This document shows, piece by piece, positions 12,681-23,492 of a stretch of 64,000 nt of DNA; the stretch's first letter is position 1, and every line of letters begins with the position of its first letter. The stretch lies in NCBI GenBank assembly GCA_002269645.1, contig NIVC01001371.1, positions 1-64,000 on the forward strand, in the 5' to 3' direction. Source of the stretch: Macrostomum lignano. Taxonomy: Eukaryota. Position numbers and translations under genes: made by a program. The notes beneath the pieces were generated by a model. That model worked only from the letters and a program-made list of their open reading frames with translations. It searched no databases and had not been told where the DNA came from.

Positions 12681-13754
12681 ATATTTTTTAAATAGTACCT
12701 GGGATTCCCCGTAACCAAAGTCTGGTTTGCTCCACAGAAATTATTAATACGTATTTTATTGCTGCTTAAAATAGTTTTACTGTATAGCGGTTGCATTGTT
12801 TTTATTGAGTTTCAATTGAACACAATTGATTTTATTCAATTTTAATTTATGTGAAATGACTCTTCAAATTGCAAACTCAAATGTCAATGGTTTATTTGAT
12901 TTTATTCACAACTGTTTACAATTAATTGTTAGTTTATCTAGTCCCTTGCGCGGTGGGTTTTTATTGTCCTTTTCACTGTTAAATAAGCAGCTACCTGTTG
13001 CTTGGTTGAACTTTTGTTTTAATGAAATAAGACCACACCGGTTATATTTGTTGTAATTATTTAATGATTCCGAAACGTGTTCTGCTATTTGTGTAACACA
13101 GTTTCGTTAGCTATTACAATAAAATAAATTACCAATCTTATACAACACTGAAAGAAATCGGAAACTTTAATTTTTTACGACTAAACTTTATTTTCTTTAT
13201 CAGCCAAAATATAATTTCAATTACCTTTACAATTGTGTTCCAGTCCTGGTCCCCAGTTGCACTCAGCTGTCAAAGCATCAGCTGTCCGCCTGTCTCGAAT
13301 TTCGAAGCCTACTGCTTGATCCACTGTTCATTTCCTGGCACGCGCGCTGTGTTGTGGTCTTATCCCGATGCTCCATCTCTGCCTTCCCCTCCCTCAGCTA
13401 CCGTGATAAACTGCTATGCAGATGCGGCTTCCCTTCCTTCCCATGGATTCTTGAAATGCTATGCGAACTGAAGAAATCCTAGCAGCGGCTGGCTGTGCTG
13501 CAGGCACAGACCTTCCGTCTATTGATTGAAAACAAAGCATTTTTCTCCCGTGTATTGGCTAAACGGTCTGCTTTTTGATATTCTGCTTGCAAATAATGTG
13601 GCTCTTGGACTCGTGGGTTTTTCCATTGTTGTAGGTTTTTTGACACGGGCATCTTAGCTATGACATTCCGGTTCTTTGCAGAGTTACGTTAAATATTGTT
13701 GGCCTACTACATAATAGTCACCTTTTGCGTCTATGTAGCCTCTTTGTAGAGGTC

Positions 13755-14263
13755 TATAGACATTTAGGCACCTACTATAGACATATGGGCACATACTATA
13801 GACATGTGGGCACCTACTATAGACACACTGGCACCTACTATAGACATTTAGGCACCTACTATAGACACTGACACCTACCATAGACACACTGGCACATACT
13901 GTAGACATTTAGGCACCTACTATAGACATTTAGGCACATACTATAGACATATGGGCACATACTATAGACATGTGGGCACCTACTATAGGCACATTGGCAC
14001 CTACTATAGACATTTAGGCACCTACTATAGACATTTAGGCACCTACTATAGACATTTAGGCACCTACTATAGACATTTAGGCACCTACTATAGACAGGTG
14101 GGCACCTACTATAGACATTTAGGCACCTACTATAGACATTTAGGCACCTACTATAGACATTTAAGCACCTACTATAGATGTGTGGGCACCTACTATAGGC
14201 ACACTGGCTCCTACTATAGACATGTGGGCACCTACTATAGGCACACTGGCACCTACTATAGAC
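13755..14263. repeat. 21-bp minisatellite, about 24 copies
   Basis: Unit CTACTATAGACATTTAGGCAC with variants. Confidence 0.95.
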
Positions 14264-14500
14264 AGAAACGCATCCATATTAACATCCACTAGTATTGGCG
14301 CACAGGCACTAATTTATCTTTCAAAGACAATGGCAACCCTTAGAGAACGCTTGCACCCGTCTGAATGCTGGATGCCCGAAGTTTCAATAGCCAAGCTTTA
14401 TTTATTGCAAAAGTTTCCCTGCATCCTCATTACTGCCTACATCTGGTCCATGTTTACAGACACAGACTACTGCAGTTAAAGGGATTCCACCTTGCTTAGA

Positions 14501-16366
14501 ATGCAGCCTAGCAGAGGCGGCAGCGACTTTGCCTGGTCCCTGGCCTACGGCGCCACCAGCGGCGCCATCAGCTCCGTTGTTTTCCAACCGTTGGACGTGC
14601 TGAAGACTCGAGTCCAGGCGGCCGCTGTGCAGCAGCCGGCGGCATCTCGCCGAAGCCTGCCGAGGTTTGCGGCAGAGCTGATCAGACGGGAGGGGCCGCT
14701 GGCGCTGTGGCGGGGCACCTCGCCAACCCTACTGCGGACTGTGCCGGGACTGGCAATGTACCTGGCTGCTGTGAACAGGTAATAAGGTTACCATTGGTGA
14801 CAGAGCAGCTCAGGGGTTAAAACGCCCGACTCTCCCTGGTTTGATTCCGTGCGCAGCCCCCCCCCCAAGGCACAGAGAGTGTACATGCCTGACACCCTGT
14901 GTGCCGCTGTACACCCTGTGTGCCGCTGTACACCCTGTGTGCCGCTGTACACCCTGTGTGCCGCTGTACACCCTGTGTGCCGCTGTACACCCTGTGTGCC
15001 GCTGTACACCCTGTGTGCCGCTGTACACCCTGTGTGCCGCTGTACACCCTGTGTGCCGCTGTACACCCTGTGTGCCGCTGTACACCCTGTGTGCCGCTGT
15101 ACACCCTGTGTGCCGCTGTACACCCTGTGTGCCGCTGTACACCCTGTGTGCCGCTGTACACCCTGTGTGCCGCTGTACACCCTGTGTGCCGCTGTACACC
15201 CTGTGTGAGCGTGTGTACGAGTGCCTGTGTACAGCATTGTGGCGCTTGTATGTGCTCAGGAGTCAGCGGGATGGGCAGAATTGCCTCAGCTTTGAGTGTG
15301 AGGGACGATTTCGCCGAAGGCGTTGCGCCAGGGTGTTCACGGCCTTCCTGAGAATATTTTTATTTTGGAATTACTATTAGCTTGTGGCGGCTAGTGACTT
15401 CTGGTAATTTCTTATCGTTTGAACTTGCATGTGCATATAGGCTCATAATTGTACAAAATACATGTATTGTGATATACCGATTCAATCACAAGCGGATCAT
15501 CTATCTAGTTTTGGTGGACCCCATGTAGCTCAGTGGACTTAGGGAAACCCGAGCAGGGAGCAGTCGAATTTATCCAACTGGCTCGCCGAAAAGTATGCGA
15601 GTAATTTGAAATAGTTAGGCAGTTAAATCGTAAACAAAAAATCGAATATTTCTACTATAAGTAGTCCAATGCATCGCAACGATTTTTTTATGATGCGGAA
15701 ACTTTTAAAAACATCGCCGCCTGCAGCCTGCACGACAGACTGTCGACAAGTCGCGACGACGCAACAATCGGCGGCCTCGCTAAAGCGGCCGGCGTCGCCG
15801 CCGCCGCCAGATCCGCCACGGCTGTCGCTCTGCAGCCGCTGGTGACACTGAAGACCAACATCGAGGCTGGCGGCCGGTGCCCGCCCGGCCTGTTCAGCGC
15901 AGCCGGCTGGCTCTGGCGCGCTGGCGGCGGCCCCGCTGCCTTCTACAGAGGCTTGGCGGCAACCCTAGCCAGAGATGTGCCTTATTCTAGCATCTACTTT
16001 GCTGTGTACTCCGAGACCAATAGCTTATTAATTCACCTGCCCATATTCCTAGAAAATAATGCCAACTTCAAGTACCGCCTTGTCCGGCTCTGCTTTGCGT
16101 CCGCCTGCGGCTCCCTGATTGCCACGCTGGCCACCCATCCGGCAGATGTTGTGAAAACTCACCAACAGCTGCTGGCTGCTGGCGGCCGTCTGCGCCTGGC
16201 GGATCTGCTGCAGCGAATCCGGGATAGCGAGGGCTCGCTCGTCGCCGGCCTGACGAGGGGCCTGGCACCCAGGCTGCTGCGTAGATTGGGTTTCGGTGCC
16301 GTGTCCTGGGTCACCTTTGAAGAGCTGCGCCGGCTGAGGACTGCCCGGTCCGCACAGCCACGATAG
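14501..16366 (+). CDS. SLC25A38: SLC25A38-like mitochondrial carrier (glycine transporter family), 2 coding exons, about 305 aa
   Basis: join(14501..14778,15727..16366), phase-2 intron (AACAG|gtaata...ctgcag|C). Motifs FQPLDVLKTRVQ, LWRGTSPTLLRTVPG, LARDVPYSSIY, HPADVVKT and PRLLRR match the SLC25A38/Hem25 subfamily. Confidence 0.85.
14890..15207. repeat. 19-bp minisatellite in the SLC25A38 intron, about 16 copies
   Basis: Near-perfect unit TGTACACCCTGTGTGCCGC. Confidence 0.97.
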
Positions 16367-16465
16367 CGGTGTCTAGCAGTAGCACTAGTCTAATGGTATT
16401 GCCTCTTAGCCATCTTTTCATGTGGTATATTCGTGTGCCGAACTTGATAGTGCCACTCTTCAGAT

Positions 16466-17215
16466 AGTGCCCCTCCTTCCCGAGTGCCCCTCCTTCCCGA
16501 GTGCCCTCCTTCCCGAGTGCCCCTTCTTCATGAGTTCCCCTCCTTCCCGAGTGCCCCTCCTTCCCGAGTGCCCTCCTTCCCGAGTGCCCCTTCTTCATGA
16601 GTTCCCCTCCTTCCCGAGTGCCCCTCCTTCCCGAGTGCCCTCTTTCCCGAGTGCCCCTTCTTCATGAGTTCCCCTCCTTCCCGAGTGCTTCTCCTTCCCG
16701 AGTGCCCCTTCTTCCCGAGTGCTCCTCCTTCCCGAGTGCCCCTCTTTCCCGAGTGCCCCTTCTTCATGAGTTCCCCTCCTTCCCGAGTGCCCCTCCTTCC
16801 CGAGTGCCCCTTCTTCCCGAGTGCCCCTCTTTCCCGAGTGCCCCTTCTTCACGAGTTCCCCTCCTTCCAGAGTGCCCATCATTCCCGGGTGCTTCTCCTT
16901 CCAGAGTGCCCCTTCACTCAGAGTGCCCCTTAATTCAAAGTGCCCCTCCACTCAGAGTGCCCCTCCGTTCAGAGTGCCCCTCTACTCAGAGTGCCCCTCC
17001 GTTCAGAGTGCCCCTCCACTCAGAGTGCCCCTCCACTCAGAGTGCCCCTCCGTTCAGAGTGCCCCTTCATTCAGAGTGTCCCTCCTTTCAGAGTGCCCCT
17101 CCGTTCAGAGTGCCCCTCCGTTCAGAGTGCCCCTCCACTCAGAGTGCCCCTCCGTTCAGAGTGCCCCTCCATTCAGAGTGCCCCTCCGTTCAGAGTGCCC
17201 CTCCATTCAGAGTCC
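16466..17215. repeat. 17-bp minisatellite with two sub-domains
   Basis: GAGTGCCCCTCCTTCCC-type units to about 16880, then CAGAGTGCCCCTCC(GTT/ACT)-type units. The array starts about 100 nt after the SLC25A38 stop. Confidence 0.93.
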
Positions 17216-17503
17216 CAAATGGGTTGTAAAATATTAAGTCTACTTTGTATATGACAGTCAACATTATCATGTCGACCACGGTTTTTAGCATGCATTGATT
17301 TTCATTCAAATTACTAGAAATACATTTTGAGTTTCCTACTTAGACCTGAGACATTGTTGGCCATTTCTCTGCCACTAACTGGCTTCATTGCTTAGAATTG
17401 GCAAAGATATTTTATAAACCATTTTCTTTATACGCTTGTGCTGTGCATGCCTACGAGATATGAATTCTTATCAGAAAACTGTCATACATACCCGGAATAG
17501 CAG

Positions 17504-18348
17504 TGACCAACTGATTGACTGGGTGACCGACTGATTGACTGGGTGACCAACTGATTGACTGGGTGACCAACTGATTGACTGGGTGACCAACTGATTGACT
17601 GGGTGACCAACTGATTGACTGGGTGACCAACTGATTGACTGGGTGACCAACTGTTTGACTGGGTGACCAACTGATGGACTGGGTGACCGACTGATTGACT
17701 GGGTGACCAACTGATGGACTGGGTGACCGACTGATTGACTGGGTGACCAACTGATTGACTGGGTGACCAACTGATTGACTGGGTGACCAACTGATTGACT
17801 GGGTGACCAACTGATTGACTGGGTGACCAACTGATTGACTGGGTGACCAACTGATTGACTGGGTGACCAACTGATTGACTGGGTGACCAACTGATTGACT
17901 GGGTGACCAACTGATTGACTGGGTGACCAACTGATTGACTGGGTGACCAACTGATTGACTGGGTGACCAACTGATTGACTGGGTGACCAACTGATTGACT
18001 GGGTGACCAACTGATTGACTGGGTGACCAACTGATTGACTGGGTGACCAACTGATTGACTGGGTGACTAACTGATTAACTGGGTGACCAACTGATTGACT
18101 GGGTGACCAACTGATTGACTGGGTGACCAACTGATTGACTGGGTGACCAACTGATTGACTGGGTGACCAACTGTTTGACTGGGTGACCGACTGATTGACT
18201 GGGTGACCAACTGATTGACTGGGTGACCAACTGATTGACTGGGTGACCAACTGTTTGACTGGGTGACCGACTGATTGACTGGGTGACCAACTGATTGACT
18301 GGGTGACCAACTAATTGACTGGGTGACCAACTGATTGACTGGGTGATT
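17504..18348. repeat. 20-bp minisatellite, about 42 copies
   Basis: Unit GACCAACTGATTGACTGGGT, the same unit as 24168-24680. Confidence 0.97.
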
Positions 18349-20492
18349 AACTAATTGGCTAATTAAGTGACTAGCAAAGTATGGGGAAAATGCAGTAGCA
18401 GAAAATAACTCGAAAAATCGATTTTTAAAACCGACGTTCTCAGCACTTTGTAGCTTCGTGATCAACTGAGTTTATTGATTTTTGCTGACTATATGCGCAT
18501 ACAAAAAATTGAAATTATCTATTGACATTTCAGTTTTAACTACACAGTTTTGTCATCCCTCTCCTAGAATTTCAAACTAAACTACCTGCATATGACTAGC
18601 AATTTCCAATACTGCACAGTGCAAACAGGCGATCCCCGCCTTCCTCGCCTGTACATGCCTAGACTGTTAATGAATAGTCCGGAAATTGCAGTCTCTGATT
18701 ACAGACTGCATACGCCGGGGAAATTCCATACCGAGACCAGCTGGCTTGAGTGACGTCTATACACAAGCTTGAGCGCAGTCATTTTGTTAGCAATGGAAAG
18801 AGTCAACTGCATGTACTTACTGTACTCAAATTCACAAGCTGGAAATTTCATAGCTTTGAACAGTCTTATCTTTTGCAAGTCAATTCGCTAGATTGCAACT
18901 TGGAAAGCGAACGGTTCGACGATGTGAAACTTCGAGCTTAAGAATTAAAGTTTCGCGCTGGTAAAAGTACGAGCTACACTACAGTATCTTATGTCCCTCG
19001 GGTTCCTATTGAAACTTCACGATAGCAATCCGGCTCGCTCAAGATTCATCTCTTCTCAGCTCCGCTATCATCTGACCCACAGCCATTAGCTGCATGTAGA
19101 ATCTTATTCGAATTAATCAAATTATTTGACTCATACCTTTAACTAAAGGTATGAAGTTGTGAGAACACTATAGCTCGTAGATACGAATACTTTCATCCAG
19201 TGTTTTGAGCTTATTATGACTAAAAAGTGACGCACAATAATGATCTGGTTAAAATTCTTCAATGACACGATTTTCAACAACGAATGCCTACCACGGATAG
19301 ACATCAACACTTAGGTGTCGCGTATATTTATCTATAGTAAATATACTAGCATAATCTAAGTTCTACTACAAAACATAATTTATTAAACGGCATGTGTGTA
19401 GCTTGAGTGGGCGGGTGACTAACAGTAACATAAAATCACAAGTTTTTGTTTGCCTCAATTGTGAATTAAATAATGCAAGCTGCAAAACTTCCTGTATAGA
19501 CAGAATAGTCGCGGTATTAAAAATTCCACAACGTATCGGATCATTACGAATACGAATCCATGAATTTGAACTGTGTGAGAAAATGATGATTAGACTAGAT
19601 AGGTACTAAGGGTGCAACAATACTATTAGCTACAATACAAAAATATACAAGAGAATCTGACGTAGACACAGCTGTGTACAGATATTGATTTATCAAAACG
19701 CTGGAACACAACGGGCTGATATTTAAAAATACTTATTAGCAATATACACATAAGTATACACACAGTGCGACCGGATTAAGTGCATATTTGTTTAAACTAA
19801 AGCTACTAAGAGTAGTACACTATAAATTAACGTATATCAAAAGTAAAATTATACAAAGCATGCACTAGCTACGCAGTAAATTCAACAAGTATTCAGATTT
19901 TAAAAGTTCATGTTCACCAGCCAGTTCGCTTCCATGACAGCTGGGCAATCGCCAATCGCAAGAAAGAGAGCGCGGAACTCGGAGAAATTCTTACCTCATG
20001 TCTACTAGGAGAAAAGAAGAGCAAGCAAGACAGGGGGGCAGAATGGGGAGGAAGGGAAGAGAGGAGTTAAAATCGATACCCAAAGAAGCAACATCCACAG
20101 GCCTGGAGAAGACTGGATCACGTTCTGTTGAGCGCTCAAGAGGCGCACTAAGCTATCCTGGAAACATGAAGAAAAAGCATAGGCCAGGCTCTGCCTAGCA
20201 ACCAGGAGAAAGGACGGATTAACGCAAAACACAAATCGCCAAAGCTGTCTAATAGTATACAAAGACGACGCGTAGTGACTAGTTTTAAATAAAAACCCGT
20301 CCAGTCTGCAAAACTCATTTCGATTACAAATCTCGCAGAATTTTTATAACAACGATTTTAAAACAACCAATTATTAAGATATGGGCACGAAAAAGCAGGC
20401 AGCAAAAAGCTCTTAGGACGCGTAGATCTGTAAAGTTAGTAGCTTATATTAGTGCCCCTGAAGAATCGGAGGTTAGGGATCCGCGACGACTT

Positions 20493-21690
20493 CTGAATAA
20501 TCAGTGGTAGCTAGGGGTTGGCAGCGGACCCTGAATAATCGGTGGTAGCTAGGGGTTGGCAGCGGACCCTGAATAATCGGTGGTAGCTAGGGGTTGGCAG
20601 CGGACCCTGAATAATCGGTGGTAGCTAGGGGTTGGCAGCGGACCCTGAAAAATCGGTGGTAGCTAGGGGTTTGCAGCGGACCCTGAATAATCAGTGGTAG
20701 CTAGGGGTTGGCAGCGGACCCTGAATAATCAGTGGTAGCTAGTGGTTGGCAGCGGACCCTGAATAATAAGTGGTAGCTAGGGGTTAGCAGCGGACCCTGA
20801 ATAATCAGTGGTAGCTAGGGGTTGGCAGCGGACCCTGAATAATCAGTGGTAGCTAGGGGTTGGCAGCGGACCCTGAATAATCGGTGGTAGCTAGGGGTTG
20901 GCAGCGGACCCTGAATAATCGGTGGTAGCTAGGGGTTGGCAGCGGACCCTGAAAAATCGGTGGTAGCTAGGGGTTTGCAGCGGACCCTGAATAATCAGTG
21001 GTAGCTAGGGGTTGGCAGCGGACCCTGAATAATCGGTGGTAGCTAGGGGTTGGCAGCGGACCCTGAATAATCAGTGGTAGCTAGTGGTTGGCAGCGGACC
21101 CTGAATAATAAGTGGTAGCTAGGGGTTAGCAGCGGACCCTGAATAATCGGTGGTAGCTAGGGGTTGGCAGCGGACCCTGAATAATCAGTGGTAGCTATAG
21201 GGGTTGGCAGCGGACCCTGAATAATCAGTGGTAGCTAGTGGTTGGCAGCGGACCCTGAATAATCAGTGGTAGCTAGGGGTTGGCAGCGGACCCTGAATAA
21301 TCAGTGGTAGCTAGGGGTTGGCAGCGGATCCTGAATAATCGGTGGTAGCTAGGGGTTGGCAGCGGACCCTGAATAATCAGTGGTAGCTAGGGGTTGGCAG
21401 CGGACCCTGAATAATCAGTGGTAGCTAGGGGTTGGCAGCGGACCCTGAATAATCAGTGGTAGCTAGGGGTTGGCAGCGGACCCTGAATAATCAGTGGTAG
21501 CTAGGGGTTGGCAGCGGACCCTGAATAATCAGTGGTAGCTAGTGGTTGGCAGCGGACCCTGAATAATCAGTGGTAGCTAGGGGTTGGCAGCGAACCCTGA
21601 ATAATCGGTGGTAGCTAGGGGTTGGCAGCGGACCCTGGAGAATCGGTGGTAGGGGTTGGCAGCGGACCCTGGAGAATCGGTGGTAGGGCA
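20493..21690. repeat. 38-bp minisatellite, about 31 copies
   Basis: Unit CTGAATAATCGGTGGTAGCTAGGGGTTGGCAGCGGACC. Confidence 0.97.
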
Positions 21691-21714
21691 GTGAACCCTG
21701 GCGAATCGGGGTAC

Positions 21715-21849
21715 GGCTCGTTCACCGCACTGTCATCAAACGAGAGGCCAATTTTAGAGTGATCACACACGGCTTGCACATAAATCTTGGCCGCTTTGTA
21801 CATCAACTGTGTGGTTTGATGAATTATTTGATGCCGGTGTGAACGAGCC
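21715..21849. mobile_element. 135-bp MITE-like insert with 11-bp terminal inverted repeats
   Basis: GGCTCGTTCAC (21715-21725) and GTGAACGAGCC (21839-21849) bracket unique sequence between degenerate 38-bp-family units. No clean target-site duplication. Confidence 0.5.
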
Positions 21850-22772
21850 TTACGAGCCAGGGGTTGGTATCGGCTCATGAAGAATACGGGGGTTTGCTCG
21901 TATGGGGTGGTTTCGATTCTTGAAGGATCAGAGGGGGTAGCGGCTGTCCCTGAATTAACTGGGGCTGTGGTACTGAGGGCCCTGAATGATGGGGGTAGAG
22001 TATAGCGCCGCTCAACTTCAATTTTTTGGTGTAATTTTTAAAAACCTTTCTGGTGCTAAATGTGCATAAACGTAGAATATACACTCGTATAAATGCATAG
22101 CAAAAAAAAGAATTGCTCAAGAGATACAATAGAATTCGAAGATGTCAAAAACAAGAAATTTATTATTTGCAAAACTATAGACTAGAATTCGGATAAGAGC
22201 AGAGAAGGAACACTCAGACAACATATTATTATCGAATAATAAAATCTGTCTTTAAAAATAAGAGCAGCCGTATTGCTGGTCCAAGCGATGCAGAAAAGAA
22301 AAAAATGGCTAGAAGCAGACTCGTCGTCACAAAACAACAGCTAAACTATAAGCAAGTCGAACACTAATAAATAGAATTACTTCAGTAGTATGTAGTAACT
22401 TTTCAATAGTCACGATATAATCTTGCCGACTCGTGATAATTCAAGATTTGCATTCAGTGTGCAGCGTGGACACGGATGTCTAAAATTTACAGTTCATCTG
22501 TTCAATAGATTTTCTCACGATTAAGCCGCGGAGTCCTTAAAGCCAGCCACCTGGATTGGAAGCGAGTAGATACAGTATTCCGTCTCTAATTAGAACTCTT
22601 GATTGAGGAAGCATCACTTGCAATTTTATCATTGATTTTAAACACAAAAAAACTACGTATATCAGACTTAATGACAGCCTACTAAAGGATAAGCTGCGGT
22701 TCCTGAAGAATTGGGGGTATAGGGATCGCGGAAACCCCTGAAGAATAGGATGTTAGATGTTGGCAGTGGCCA

Positions 22773-23297
22773 CTGAAGAATCGGGGGTAGGGGCTGTTTA
22801 GCGACGGAGCTCCTGAAGAATCGGGGTAGGGGCTGTTTAGCGACGGAGCTCCTGAAGAATCGGGGTAGTGGCTGTTTAGCGACGGAGCTCCTGAAGAATC
22901 GGGGGTAGTGGCTGTTTAGCGACGGAGCTCCTGAAGAATCGGGGGTAGGGGCTGTTTAGCGACGGAGCTCCTGAAGAATCGGGGTAGGGGCTGTTTAGCG
23001 ACGGAGCTCCTGAAGAATCGGGGGTAGTGGCTGTTTAGCGACGGAGCTCCTGAAGAATCGGGGTAGGGGCTGTTTAGCGACGGAGCTCCTGAAGAATCGG
23101 GGGTAGTGGCTGTTTAGCGACGGAGCTCCTGAAGAATCGGGGGTAGGGGCTGTTTAGCGACGGAGCTCCTGAAGAATCGGGGTAGGGCTGTTTAGCGACG
23201 GAGCTCCTGAAGAATCGGGGTAGGGGCTGTTTAGCGACGGAGCTCCTGAAGAGTCGGGGGTAGGGGCTTAGCGACGGAGCTCCTGAAGAATCGGGTT
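22773..23297. repeat. 39/40-bp minisatellite, about 13 copies
   Basis: Unit CTGAAGAATCGGGGGTAGGGGCTGTTTAGCGACGGAGCTC, related to the 38-bp array. It lies about 200 nt downstream of the GNB5 stop. Confidence 0.95.
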
Positions 23298-23492
23298 AGA
23301 GGAAGTTTTACTGGTCCAAGCGATGGGGTGGGGGTCACCACGAAGATTTACTTTCTTTGAAGAATTAATAGAACGATACTACAAGCTAATATAGATTTGA
23401 GATTAAACTGTCAGAAACTGAAGAATGACATTCATTGATCACCCAATCGCTCCGCTAGCATCACAGCCTACTGCTCACTCTCTACTCGTATC

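Noticed and set aside
21615-21878. 87-aa ORF or 123-nt exon in the unique island within the 38-bp array
   Set aside because: The island is bounded by 11-bp inverted repeats and is better explained as a small insertion; the rest of the ORF is repeat-derived.
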